The notes beneath the pieces were generated by a model, which worked only from the letters and a program-made list of their open reading frames with translations, was not told the DNA's origin and did no database searches. Made by a program: the position numbers and the translations under genes. Positions 1 to 9,889 of a stretch of DNA of 64,000 nucleotides are shown here, one piece after another. Numbering within the stretch: position 1 is the first letter of the stretch; each line of letters opens with the position of its first letter. The DNA lies in IMG/VR virus record IMGVR_UViG_3300008119_000039, positions 1 to 64,000 of that record; one strand, given 5' to 3'. Source of the DNA: a virus.

Positions 1-291
1 TTCTATAATTACATGGCGAAGTTCCCAAATGCAAAACAACAAACAATGTGGGCACGTGGGTCATTGGATCAGATGGCAATAGATTCTCTAGCAGTTAAAT
101 TTGACTTAGAAGAAATTACAGGGTATAATGTATGGAGGGATGTTAGAACGGCAGTCGATATCCTATACGGAACTACTAATGGATACGTTGAAGTAGTGCA
201 CCCACTATTTTCTAGACACGAAGTTATCAAGCATCATCCTGTTCACGACTGTGCCCTTGACGCAATGCAATTAATGTATGGAAAACAATAA
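1..291 (+). CDS. 3' part of DEDDh 3'-5' exonuclease (T4 DexA-like), truncated by window edge
   Basis: WARGSLD, RDVRT and HHPVHDCALDA motifs resemble DexA-type exonucleases; directly upstream of the polymerase. Confidence 0.65.
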   Translation, partial: FYNYMAKFPNAKQQTMWARGSLDQMAIDSLAVKFDLEEITGYNVWRDVRTAVDILYGTTNGYVEVVHPLFSRHEVIKHHPVHDCALDAMQLMYGKQ

Positions 292-2780
292 TGATTTTTT
301 ATTCGCACGTATTCCCATTCGGCAACAAAATGTGTGTCCGTGGGTACGAGAATGGTAAACCCTTTCAACGCAAGATTGACTTTTATCCAACTCTGTATGT
401 AAACGCAAAGACTCCAAACACTGAGTGGGCTACTCTCACAGGGCAAGCTGTTGAAGAAATCAAACCTGGAACAGTAAAAGAAACACGAGAGTTTGTCAAA
501 CAGTATGAAGATGTCAGTGGCTTTGACATCTATGGTAATACCAACTACGTTTGTCAATACCTTAGCGACACTTATGAAAGTGATATTCGTTGGGACATGG
601 AACAGATCAAAGTGTTTACCATTGACATTGAGACTGCCACTGAGTCAGGATTCCCAGATATTAAATCAGCCAATGAAGAGATCCTATTAATCACGATTAA
701 AGATTTGCAGTCCAAGCGTATCATTACGTTTGGATCACGTGCATTTGTTCATGGTCGTGATGATGTAATCTACGTTCATTGTAAAGACGAACTGCACCTG
801 CTCAAAGAGTTTATGATTTGGTGGCAGCAAAACTACCCAGATGTTTTAACTGGTTGGAATATTAACTTCTTTGACGTGCCGTATTTAATCAAGCGTGTTT
901 CCCGTGAACTTGGCGAAACCATCGCCAATAAGTTTTCACCATGGGGTTATATCAATGAGCGTAAGATATTTGTTAAAGGTAACGAAGAAATCTCCTACGA
1001 CATTCATGGAGTTTCCCAGCTAGACTATCTTGACTTGTATAAAAAGTTTACTTATCAAAAGCAAGAGTCTTATCGTCTTGATTACATTGCACAAGAAGAA
1101 CTCGGTGATGCCAAGAAAGAAAATCCAGGTGATACGTTCAAAGACTTTTATAATGATCACTGGCAGCAGTTTGTTGAATATAACATCCACGACGTAGAGT
1201 TGGTTGATAAACTTGAAGACAAGATGCGACTAATTGAGTTGTGCCTAACTATGGCGTACAACGCAAAGATTAACTATGAAGATGTGTTCTCTCAAGTACG
1301 TATGTGGGATGCCATTATCTACAATCACTTGCGTAAGAAAAAGATTGCCATTCCAACAAAGACTGGTTCAAGTAAGAATGAACAGTTTGAAGGTGCGTAT
1401 GTAAAAGATGTTTTGGTTGGTGGTCATAAATGGGTAGCTTCCTTTGACTTGAACTCACTGTATCCGCATTTGATTATGCAGTATAATATCTCACCAGAAA
1501 CTCTTACCTCAGAAAAGATTAGCGTAACTGTTGACAAATTGCTGAACAAAGAAGTTGATACATCATATGCCAAACGTAGAGATCTAGCATTAACTGCCAA
1601 TGGTTGGACATATCGCAGAGACGTCAAAGGGTTTATGCCTGAGTTAATGGAAAAGATGTATGCCGATCGTTCAAAGTTTAAAAAGCAGATGCTTAAGATT
1701 GAACAAGAATATCAAAACGACAAATCCAAGAAAGATCTTCTCAAAGAGATTAGCCGACTGAACAATCTACAGATGGCTATGAAGATTGCACTGAACTCTG
1801 CTTATGGTGCCATGGGTAATCAGTACTTCCGATACTTTGATATTCGTATGGCTGAAGGCATTACTACCAGTGGTCAACTATCCATTCGTTGGATGGCGAA
1901 CAAACTAAACGCATTCTTGAACAAAACTCTCAAGACTGAAGGTAAAGACTTTGTTATTGCGATTGACACTGACTCAATCTATCTTACGCTTGAGCACTTG
2001 GTTGAGAAAGTTTGTGAAGGTAAAGATACTGCCGCAAAGATTAAGTTTATGGACAAGATCTGCGAAGAAGTCTTTCAACCATTCATTGATCAAGGTTATC
2101 AAGAACTAGCTGAGTATATGAACGCATACTCGCAAAAGATGATTATGAAGCGTGAGGTGCTGGCTGACAAAGGTATCTGGACTGCCAAGAAACGATATAT
2201 CCTTAACGTGCATAACTCTGAGGGTGTTCAATACGCAAAGCCCAAGCTAAAGGTAATGGGTCTTGAGATGGTTAAGTCAAGTACTCCTGCAGCAATTCGT
2301 GATAAGCTACGAGAATCTATTGATGTAATTCTTAAAGGTAATGAAGCTGACTTGCACGCATACATTGAAACATTCCGTGCCGAGTTTAACCAAATGCCTG
2401 TTGAAGCCATTGCATTCCCTCGTGGTGTTAATGGCTTGCGTCAGTATGCTGGTTCTCCGATCTATTCAAAAGGTACACCGATTCACGTGCGTGGTTCTCT
2501 GTTGTATAATCACTACGTTAAAAAGTTTGGACTAGATAGAAAGTACCAGCTAATTAAAGAAGGTGAGAAGATTAGGTTTATCTACGTCAAGAAACCAAAT
2601 CCATTTAATGAGGATGTCATTGCATTCCCGCAATCTATTCCTAAAGAGTTTGGACTTGAAGAGTTTATTGATTATGAACTGCAGTTTAAAAAGACTTTCC
2701 TTGACGCAATGCAAACTGTAATTGAACCACTTGGTTGGAAAGTTGAACATCAATCATCATTGGAAGACTTCTTTGGATAA
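291..2780 (+). CDS. 43: Family B DNA polymerase (T4 gp43-like)
   Basis: Exo motif DIET; polymerase motifs DLNSLYP, KIALNSAYG, IDTDS; 829 aa, no intein-sized insert. Confidence 0.98.
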   Translation: MIFYSHVFPFGNKMCVRGYENGKPFQRKIDFYPTLYVNAKTPNTEWATLTGQAVEEIKPGTVKETREFVKQYEDVSGFDIYGNTNYVCQYLSDTYESDIRWDMEQIKVFTIDIETATESGFPDIKSANEEILLITIKDLQSKRIITFGSRAFVHGRDDVIYVHCKDELHLLKEFMIWWQQNYPDVLTGWNINFFDVPYLIKRVSRELGETIANKFSPWGYINERKIFVKGNEEISYDIHGVSQLDYLDLYKKFTYQKQESYRLDYIAQEELGDAKKENPGDTFKDFYNDHWQQFVEYNIHDVELVDKLEDKMRLIELCLTMAYNAKINYEDVFSQVRMWDAIIYNHLRKKKIAIPTKTGSSKNEQFEGAYVKDVLVGGHKWVASFDLNSLYPHLIMQYNISPETLTSEKISVTVDKLLNKEVDTSYAKRRDLALTANGWTYRRDVKGFMPELMEKMYADRSKFKKQMLKIEQEYQNDKSKKDLLKEISRLNNLQMAMKIALNSAYGAMGNQYFRYFDIRMAEGITTSGQLSIRWMANKLNAFLNKTLKTEGKDFVIAIDTDSIYLTLEHLVEKVCEGKDTAAKIKFMDKICEEVFQPFIDQGYQELAEYMNAYSQKMIMKREVLADKGIWTAKKRYILNVHNSEGVQYAKPKLKVMGLEMVKSSTPAAIRDKLRESIDVILKGNEADLHAYIETFRAEFNQMPVEAIAFPRGVNGLRQYAGSPIYSKGTPIHVRGSLLYNHYVKKFGLDRKYQLIKEGEKIRFIYVKKPNPFNEDVIAFPQSIPKEFGLEEFIDYELQFKKTFLDAMQTVIEPLGWKVEHQSSLEDFFG

Positions 2781-3324
2781 TATTCGTATCATTAAAACAG
2801 GAATCAATGTTTCAAAGATTTTGAAACAGTTGCAAGAATATCCACAAGATTGGGGTTCTCAGAAAAGCATTGAAGGTGTTAAAGACTTAACCAAAGATTA
2901 TGATGCTTTAAAATTCTTACAAATGGATGTTGGTGCTTTGCAATTAGTTATGGGTGTTGTTTCCAGCAAAGAACAATTTGTTGGAGATAGTGAAATCTCT
3001 AGACCAACACCAGCATATGAAAGACACACAGAAGTCGTTAGATTCTTAAAACGAAATTTTAAGAAATTTGACAGATGTGGATTTTTGTCATTGCCGATAG
3101 GTGGTATTGTCGGTCAGCATATTGACATTGGTAGTTACTATCAAACCAGAGATAGATACCATCTTGCAATTCAAGGCACATACATATACACAGTTGGTGG
3201 TGAATCTGTTACAGTTGAACCTGGAACTCTACTTTGGTTCAACAATAAACTACCTCACGGAACGCAAAACACTGGAGATTGTGTTCGCATAACATTTGTG
3301 TTTGATGTACCTCACAAGAAATAA
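2773..3324 (+). CDS. 2OG-Fe(II) oxygenase, Asp/Asn beta-hydroxylase-like
   Basis: HID...RYHL...WFNNKLPH...RITFVFD facial-triad pattern; probable TTG start overlapping the polymerase stop. Confidence 0.75.
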   Translation: MDNIRIIKTGINVSKILKQLQEYPQDWGSQKSIEGVKDLTKDYDALKFLQMDVGALQLVMGVVSSKEQFVGDSEISRPTPAYERHTEVVRFLKRNFKKFDRCGFLSLPIGGIVGQHIDIGSYYQTRDRYHLAIQGTYIYTVGGESVTVEPGTLLWFNNKLPHGTQNTGDCVRITFVFDVPHKK

Positions 3325-3327
3325 AAC

Positions 3328-3356
3328 TTTACTTATATACATATATCACGTATAAT
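3328..3356 (+). promoter_or_regulatory. sigma70-type promoter for uvsX
   Basis: TTTACT-17 bp-TATAAT in the intergenic gap. Confidence 0.7.
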
Positions 3357-3384
3357 AGTTATTGAAACTCAACGAAAGGCTAAA

Positions 3385-4455
3385 ATGGGCATTCTAGATA
3401 AAATTAAAAAGAACAGTACGATTAAAGAATCTGCTATTCTATCACAATCAAAGTTCTTTCAAAAGAAAGATATGATTCCTACTTCAGTACCAATGATCAA
3501 TGTGGCATTGAGTGGTCGTTTGGATGGTGGTTTAACTCCTGGACTTACAATGTGGGCTGGTCCAAGTAAACACTTTAAGACAGCATTTTCTTTGTTAATG
3601 GCAAAAGCATATATGGAAAAGTATGCTGATGCTGTTTTGCTATTCTATGATTCAGAGTTTGGTACACCACAGTCTTACTTTGATTCGTTTGGTATTGATA
3701 CTGAGCGTGTCATTCATACCCCAATCACTGACGTTGAAGAATTGAAGTTTGATATTATGAATCAGCTTGGTGGTATTGAACGTGGTGAACACGTAATTAT
3801 CGTTGTAGATTCTATTGGTAACTTGGCTTCAAAGAAAGAAGTTGAAGACGCATTAGACCAAAAGTCTGTTGGTGATATGACTCGTGCAAAACAAATGAAG
3901 TCATTGTGGCGTATGGTTACTCCGCACTTAAACCTTAAAGATATTCCTTGTGTGGTTGTGAATCATACTTATATGGAAATTGGTTTATATCCAAAAGCTA
4001 TCGTTGGTGGTGGTACTGGTTCTTACTACTCTGCTGACAATATCTTTATTCTTGGTCGTCAGCAAGAAAAGGATGGCACCGAAGTTGTTGGATACAATTT
4101 TATTATTAACGTAGAAAAGTCAAGATATGTGCGAGAAAAATCTAAAATCCCTGTTAGCGTATCTTTTGATGGTGGCATTAGCCGTTGGTCTGGTTTGCTT
4201 GACGTTGCTCTTGAATCTGGACATGTCATCAAACCTAGCAATGGTTGGTATCAAAAGGTAGATGTAGAAAGTGGTGAGATGGACGATAAGAAATATCGCA
4301 TCAAAGAAACTGATACCAAAGAGTTTTGGATGCCAGTTCTAAAGCAGAAATCTTTTATTGATTTTGTCAAAGGTAAGTACACAGTTGCATCTAGCGATAT
4401 TTTAAAAGACGAAGACATCGATGCAGAACTTGCAGCAATTGATGATGAAGAATAA
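3385..4455 (+). CDS. uvsX: RecA-like recombinase UvsX
   Basis: GPSKHFKT P-loop, YDSEFG, VVDSIGNL; T4-like gene order. Confidence 0.95.
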   Translation: MGILDKIKKNSTIKESAILSQSKFFQKKDMIPTSVPMINVALSGRLDGGLTPGLTMWAGPSKHFKTAFSLLMAKAYMEKYADAVLLFYDSEFGTPQSYFDSFGIDTERVIHTPITDVEELKFDIMNQLGGIERGEHVIIVVDSIGNLASKKEVEDALDQKSVGDMTRAKQMKSLWRMVTPHLNLKDIPCVVVNHTYMEIGLYPKAIVGGGTGSYYSADNIFILGRQQEKDGTEVVGYNFIINVEKSRYVREKSKIPVSVSFDGGISRWSGLLDVALESGHVIKPSNGWYQKVDVESGEMDDKKYRIKETDTKEFWMPVLKQKSFIDFVKGKYTVASSDILKDEDIDAELAAIDDEE

Positions 4456-4774
4456 ACCTTACGTTGTCGTTGAAAACAAAGAAGGGTTTGATGCGATAAA
4501 GTTGACCGAAAATCCGTTTGATGGTATAATTTATACTTACGGTAGAGTTTCTTTTGATGAAGATGAAACAACTGGGTATATCAAACTTAAATTTGATTAC
4601 GAGATTTTAGATTATGCGGATAAAGGTTTAAGTGATAAAAAACCATTTGAAAAATACATTGGTGATATATTGCAAGAACTTATTCGTGAAGGTATTGAAA
4701 ATAACAATTTAACATACGCAGGTGGTATTGATGAGAATAGAACAGGCGATCCTATCGAACCTGATTCACAATGA
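4442..4774 (+). CDS. 40: Head vertex assembly chaperone (gp40-like)
   Basis: Size, acidic composition, GIIYTYG..LKFDYEI; conserved position between uvsX and 41. Confidence 0.7.
   Translation: MMKNKPYVVVENKEGFDAIKLTENPFDGIIYTYGRVSFDEDETTGYIKLKFDYEILDYADKGLSDKKPFEKYIGDILQELIREGIENNNLTYAGGIDENRTGDPIEPDSQ
4502..4530 (+). promoter_or_regulatory. Internal sigma70-type promoter upstream of the helicase
   Basis: TTGACC-17 bp-TATAAT. Confidence 0.55.
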
Positions 4775-6128
4775 GGAATATTGCCGCAAGGTAGTCCCTC
4801 ATTTAAAGAAAGAGTATTTCGCTGATAGAAAAGAAGCAGCAATCGTTATGATTCTGCTTAATTTCTTTGAGCAATACAATAAGCCAGCAAGTCCTGATAT
4901 TTTACAGATTGAATTATCTAATCTTAAAGGGTTCACGGATAAAGAGATTCCTGAGATGCAGGAATACGCCAAGACTTTACAAGCTGATGTTGCTACCAAT
5001 CAAGATTGGTTGATTGAAAATAGTGAGAAGTTTTGTAAAGATCGTGCCGTGTATAATGCCATTCTAGATTCAATTAAGATTATTGACGGTAGAGATAAGG
5101 TACATACTCAAGACGCCATTCCAACAATTCTTTCTGAAGCACTTGGTGTGTGTTTTGATAATCACGTTGGTCACGATTACTTACAAGATGCTGAATCTCG
5201 ATTTGACTTTTACCATAGAGTTGAAGAAAAGGTGGCTTTTGATCTTGAGATGTTTAACAAGATTACCAAAGGTGGATTGTCCAAGAAAACCTTAAACATT
5301 GCCCTAGCTGGTACTGGTGTTGGTAAGTCACTCTTTATGTGTCACGTTGCTGCTGGTGTTCTTATGCAAGGTAAGAATGTTCTATACATTACTCTAGAAA
5401 TGGCTGAAGAACGTATCGCTGAACGTATTGACGCAAACTTGTTGAATCTTACTATGGATGAACTAAAGGTAGTTGATAAAGATATCTTTGATTCACGTCT
5501 AGCAAAGATCGCCAATAAAACCAAAGGTACGTTGATTGTAAAAGAATATCCTACTGCAAGTGCACATGCTGGTCACTTCCGTGGATTGCTTGAGGAACTT
5601 AAATTGAAGCGTGAGTTTACGCCAGATATTATTATGATTGACTATCTTAATATCTGCGCATCTTCCAGAATGAAGCAAGGTGCAAATGTAAACTCTTATA
5701 CATATATTAAGGCTATTGCTGAAGAACTACGTGGACTTGCTGTTGAGTATAACGTACCTATTCTTAGTGCAACTCAAACTACAAGATCTGGTTTTACTAA
5801 TTCAGATCCAGGACTTGAAGATACTTCAGAGTCATTTGGTTTGCCAGCAACTGCTGACTTTATGTTTGCCTTAGTGAGTAATGAAGAACTCGAGCAGTTG
5901 AATCAGATTATTGTAAAGCAGTTAAAGAATCGTTATAACGATCCAGGTTTTTATAAACGATTTGTTATTGGTATTGATCGCAGCAAAATGAAACTGTATG
6001 ACGTTGAGATCTCGGCACAAAGCGGATTATCTGATGCAGGTACTAAAGACGATAAGCCTATGTTCGATAAAAGTGAATTTGGTAAACGTATACATAATGA
6101 AGAACAATTTAGTGGATTTAAGTTTTAA
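4731..6128 (+). CDS. 41: Replicative DnaB-like helicase (gp41)
   Basis: AGTGVGKS Walker A, ITLEMAEE, IDYLNI, ATQTTR, KNRY. Confidence 0.97.
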   Translation: MRIEQAILSNLIHNEEYCRKVVPHLKKEYFADRKEAAIVMILLNFFEQYNKPASPDILQIELSNLKGFTDKEIPEMQEYAKTLQADVATNQDWLIENSEKFCKDRAVYNAILDSIKIIDGRDKVHTQDAIPTILSEALGVCFDNHVGHDYLQDAESRFDFYHRVEEKVAFDLEMFNKITKGGLSKKTLNIALAGTGVGKSLFMCHVAAGVLMQGKNVLYITLEMAEERIAERIDANLLNLTMDELKVVDKDIFDSRLAKIANKTKGTLIVKEYPTASAHAGHFRGLLEELKLKREFTPDIIMIDYLNICASSRMKQGANVNSYTYIKAIAEELRGLAVEYNVPILSATQTTRSGFTNSDPGLEDTSESFGLPATADFMFALVSNEELEQLNQIIVKQLKNRYNDPGFYKRFVIGIDRSKMKLYDVEISAQSGLSDAGTKDDKPMFDKSEFGKRIHNEEQFSGFKF

Positions 6129-6137
6129 GGAGCCAAA

Positions 6138-7445
6138 ATGGTAAAAGTTATTGTAGCAGAAAACAAATATGATGCAAAACACATGTTGGGTCAATTTCCA
6201 ACTGAAGCAGATTACGATCTTTTAATTGAAGAAGATATGGACGTTTATATGCCAGAAGTTCCAGGACATCCTGAACTGACATATACCGAAGAACGTATTG
6301 TTCTTAAGTTTCGTAAGAATTACTTTACAAAAGAACAGCAAGAGCAAGCATACGTTGGTTTGAGAGAAGCTGCTGTTGAATCTCAGAATCGTGGTATTGC
6401 TGCTGGTCCACGTCAAGGTTCATTGGGTAATCGCCAGTGGGTAACAGACTACGAATATGATATGCTTGACGTATTCTTAAAGCCAAGTGAAAACTTGTTT
6501 GGTGACGATCCAGTTGAAGTTGTTCGCAATAAACATAAAAATATTGCTGCCAATGCTTCTAATCGTGCACGTGTTTGGTCAGTTGATGGTGTCAAGAAAG
6601 AGAACTTTGTATTTGACACTTGGGTTGATACTGTTCGTAAACTGACACCCGATGCTGCCAAAGCAGAAGCAGAACGTGTAGCTGAAGATCTTATCTGCGC
6701 AACAACTTACGCAAACTCAGTTCACTCTGGCATTGCTGGTTGGTTCGATAGATATCCACGCATTCCTTATGGTCGTGCCACAAGTTATACTCGTGACAAC
6801 TTTGACAAGTTTAAGATGGCCTTTCCTTTCTTACAAACTCTATCACAGGGTTTTAAAGAATTGTTACCGTGGAGATATGGCAATCAAATGGCAGCAGCAA
6901 ATAAACTAGATCCAAACTATTTGGTTCCAGGTACGCCATTTACTACCATTACCGTAAACAAAACTTTCCGTACTGCTTGCCATTATGATGCTGGCGATCT
7001 AACAAGTGGATTGTCTAATCTACTGACTCTTTCAAACACTGGTAACTATTCTGGTTGTTACTTGGTTGCACCTGAGTATCGTGTAGCGGTTAATGTGCGT
7101 CCAGGAGATTTGTTGTTGATTAATAACCACGAAGTTATGCACGGAAATACTGAAATTAAAGTGCACGATGAAATCTCAGAACGTATTAGCTTGGTTTGCT
7201 ACTTCCGTGAAAAGATGCTTGAGTTGGGTTCAAAAGAGTATGAAGATACTCGTTTCCAATTCGTTGAAGATCGTCGTAAGAATAAAGAACATCCAGAGAA
7301 CAGAGCATTGTGGAATGGCGTATCTCCAGGTATGTGGGAATCAGATGAGTGGTATGATTACCTACGCAGCAAACTTGGTGAAGAACAACTGGTGAAGTAT
7401 CATCCAGAATCACAAAAGGCTAACTCACTAGAAAGTTTCTTCTGA
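6138..7445 (+). CDS. TET/JBP-family 2OG-Fe(II) dioxygenase (5-methylpyrimidine oxidase candidate)
   Basis: FTTITVNKTFRTACHYDAGD (HxD), HGNT, RISLVCYFRE (2OG-binding Arg) pattern of phage TET/JBP proteins. Confidence 0.8.
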   Translation: MVKVIVAENKYDAKHMLGQFPTEADYDLLIEEDMDVYMPEVPGHPELTYTEERIVLKFRKNYFTKEQQEQAYVGLREAAVESQNRGIAAGPRQGSLGNRQWVTDYEYDMLDVFLKPSENLFGDDPVEVVRNKHKNIAANASNRARVWSVDGVKKENFVFDTWVDTVRKLTPDAAKAEAERVAEDLICATTYANSVHSGIAGWFDRYPRIPYGRATSYTRDNFDKFKMAFPFLQTLSQGFKELLPWRYGNQMAAANKLDPNYLVPGTPFTTITVNKTFRTACHYDAGDLTSGLSNLLTLSNTGNYSGCYLVAPEYRVAVNVRPGDLLLINNHEVMHGNTEIKVHDEISERISLVCYFREKMLELGSKEYEDTRFQFVEDRRKNKEHPENRALWNGVSPGMWESDEWYDYLRSKLGEEQLVKYHPESQKANSLESFF

Positions 7446-8122
7446 TGTGTGCCGTCATTGGAGCCATCCTGCAGAAACCAACTCTGCAGGATTTTGATAT
7501 GTTACATCGTGTATTCCTAGAGTCCAAGATTCGTGGTATGCACGCAACTGGAATATCTTATGTCAAGAATGACCGAGTTGTTACTGAGAAGCACCCTGTA
7601 CCTGCCAATGAGTTTCCTTTTAATTTTGCAGAGTATGTTAATGAAGATGGGAATCTCTACCTTATTGGTCACTGTCGTTACAGCACTAGCGATCTTGAGT
7701 ATAATCAGCCAATTGGTAATGATTTACATTCAATAGTTCACAATGGAGTTATCACTCAAGAACTACCAGAACGTTGGAAAGAATTGTATAATTATGATTG
7801 TGAAACAAAGAACGATAGCGAGTTAGTCCTACACTCGCATTCGCCACTTGAAGAGTTTCCTGATATGTCTATGGGTGTTTGTGAATTAACCAACGATAAG
7901 AAGCTACTTGCGTATCGTAACGGCAAGCGACCATTATACTTGACTAGTATTTCAAATGGATGTATAATTACTTCTACTGCTGATATTCCTAAACGTGCAG
8001 AAGTAGAAGGATTCCCTATTAACCTTTTACCAAACCACTATACTACATTTGATAGTGAGTTGGCTATGACTATTGAAAAGGTTAATATTGATGCTGTTGA
8101 TTACCAACTTATAGGTGACTGA
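7445..8122 (+). CDS. Class II (Ntn) glutamine amidotransferase
   Basis: N-terminal MC nucleophile, RG.HATG, GHCRYST, HNGVI, NDSE, RPL. Confidence 0.85.
   Translation: MCAVIGAILQKPTLQDFDMLHRVFLESKIRGMHATGISYVKNDRVVTEKHPVPANEFPFNFAEYVNEDGNLYLIGHCRYSTSDLEYNQPIGNDLHSIVHNGVITQELPERWKELYNYDCETKNDSELVLHSHSPLEEFPDMSMGVCELTNDKKLLAYRNGKRPLYLTSISNGCIITSTADIPKRAEVEGFPINLLPNHYTTFDSELAMTIEKVNIDAVDYQLIGD
7940..7968 (+). promoter_or_regulatory. Internal sigma70-type promoter upstream of the amidoligase
   Basis: TTGACT-17 bp-TATAAT. Confidence 0.5.
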
Positions 8123-8997
8123 TGAACTATCCAAAAGAAAAATTTACATACGGTATGGAAATAGAGTGGGGTGATGTTCCTCGCTCTTTTTCAATTCCAG
8201 AACATCTTGGTACTTGGGAATACTCCGAGCGAGATATTATTAACCTACGTGATCCATACAAAAATGTATGTGCAGATCCATTGGGTGAAGATCCTCCATT
8301 TGGTGGCGAGATTAATACCAAGCCAACTCGTACTTGGGCTGGTCAAGTAGAACGATACTTTGAACTGCAGAAACTATTTACTGATGCTGGTCATCCACCA
8401 ACAGTAGGTGTTACTGCCCATACACACATTCACTGTCGCATTCCTGGATTGCGTGACGACATCGATGCACTAAAGCGACTAACCAAATATATTAAAGATA
8501 ACCAAACAACAACAGTTGATCGTGTTTATGGTTTCTATGACCACAATCAAATGAAAGGTGCCAAAGGTGCCAAGATGTATTTGAAGTTTGATGGTGGTCG
8601 CACTATGCCAGATTATATGAGTGATAACATTATCAATCTAGCCACTGACTTCAATTCTTTTATTAAGATGCACGCTGCAGGTAAAGATGGCGTTTCAATG
8701 GGTAGACCATTTCGTTATGCCATTAATATGTATGCACTGAAACATATTGATACTGTAGAGTTTCGTTTATTCCGTGGCACGTTGGATAAAGTAGAATTGG
8801 AATCTTGCTTTCGTTTCGTTGAAGACTTTCTTGATGCTGCATTAAATGATGGTGCCAGTGTAGATGATCTAATCAATACCAATGGTTATACGTTTCCACC
8901 AATGCAGTGGGATCTTGCTCAATTCATTGGATGGGAAAAGACAAAGCACCCAGAAGATCGTGGTGAGAAAGTGAGAACTCTTGTTGAGGTTGAGTAA
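8122..8997 (+). CDS. Putative amidoligase (COOH-NH2 ligase, glutamine synthetase-like fold)
   Basis: GMEIEW, GGEINT, HTHIH, RYAIN, TVEFRLFRGT motifs. Confidence 0.75.
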   Translation: MNYPKEKFTYGMEIEWGDVPRSFSIPEHLGTWEYSERDIINLRDPYKNVCADPLGEDPPFGGEINTKPTRTWAGQVERYFELQKLFTDAGHPPTVGVTAHTHIHCRIPGLRDDIDALKRLTKYIKDNQTTTVDRVYGFYDHNQMKGAKGAKMYLKFDGGRTMPDYMSDNIINLATDFNSFIKMHAAGKDGVSMGRPFRYAINMYALKHIDTVEFRLFRGTLDKVELESCFRFVEDFLDAALNDGASVDDLINTNGYTFPPMQWDLAQFIGWEKTKHPEDRGEKVRTLVEVE

Positions 8998-9532
8998 ATG
9001 TTCACGTGATGATTTTGTAAATAGTATATCTACTGACAAGGGAGATAACTTTGCAAAAACATTTGTTGCTAAAGCAGATATGCAAGATCAATGGGAGTAT
9101 TGTATCGGTGCTTGGGATGGTAACGAATTAACAGCTGCAATTATAACTACCATATCCAAAAATAAACCCCACGTGGCTAACCTGCAACTCTTACATACCT
9201 TTGTAAAACACCGAGGAAAGGGAGCTGCCAGGATCCTATGCGAGGACTCTTTAAAGCGTGCTAGAGCGTCTGCAGCGACTTACTTTAGGGTATCCTCAGA
9301 GAAGTCTGCCGTAGGCTTCTACGAGCGTCTAGGGTTCCGATTCTGGGGTTCCCAAAAGAGTGGTTGTCAGCTGTCCATCTTTAGGATAGGGGGAGATACC
9401 TTCCTACAGGGCGACTACGACCTTTCCGACATGACCATCAATAAAGCGGTCAACCGTAAGGGTAAGGGAGGTTGTACGACCCTCTACGACCTTGCTACGA
9501 GCCAAATAGGGGTCAAATTAGATCAAATTTAG
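8981..9532 (+). CDS. GNAT-family acetyltransferase
   Basis: HRGKGAA acetyl-CoA motif A and AVGFYERLGF motif. Confidence 0.85.
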   Translation: MLRLSKCSRDDFVNSISTDKGDNFAKTFVAKADMQDQWEYCIGAWDGNELTAAIITTISKNKPHVANLQLLHTFVKHRGKGAARILCEDSLKRARASAATYFRVSSEKSAVGFYERLGFRFWGSQKSGCQLSIFRIGGDTFLQGDYDLSDMTINKAVNRKGKGGCTTLYDLATSQIGVKLDQI

Positions 9533-9533
9533 C

Positions 9534-9562
9534 TTTACTTTAATTGCAAAATAGGGTATAAT
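9534..9562 (+). promoter_or_regulatory. sigma70-type phage promoter with TTAATTG spacer motif
   Basis: TTTACT-TTAATTG...-TATAAT, 17-bp spacer. Confidence 0.75.
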
Positions 9563-9589
9563 AAAGGTTGGACAATTGAGGAATTTATT

Positions 9590-9889
9590 ATGACACACTT
9601 GAGAAAAGAAAATTTAGCTGTTGTTACAAGAGAAATCGCAAAAGACCATTGGGTTGCAAACTTAGATGGAACTAAATCAAGAGCAGTTTCTTGGTGTAAG
9701 ACTTGTAGAGTTTATAAACCATTGACTGCATTTTATTTGAAATCAAAAAGTACAAGAAAACATAGCAATCATGTCAGAGGTGATTGTTGTATTTGTTTTG
9801 ATGAAAAGGTTAAATCATCAAGAGAGATACGAGAAGACTTACAAGCACAAAAATCATTAGGTAAAATCTTTCAGATAAATGGATTATAG
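9590..9889 (+). CDS. Small zinc-finger protein
   Basis: CKTC...FY...CCIC; GAGG RBS. Confidence 0.6.
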   Translation: MTHLRKENLAVVTREIAKDHWVANLDGTKSRAVSWCKTCRVYKPLTAFYLKSKSTRKHSNHVRGDCCICFDEKVKSSREIREDLQAQKSLGKIFQINGL

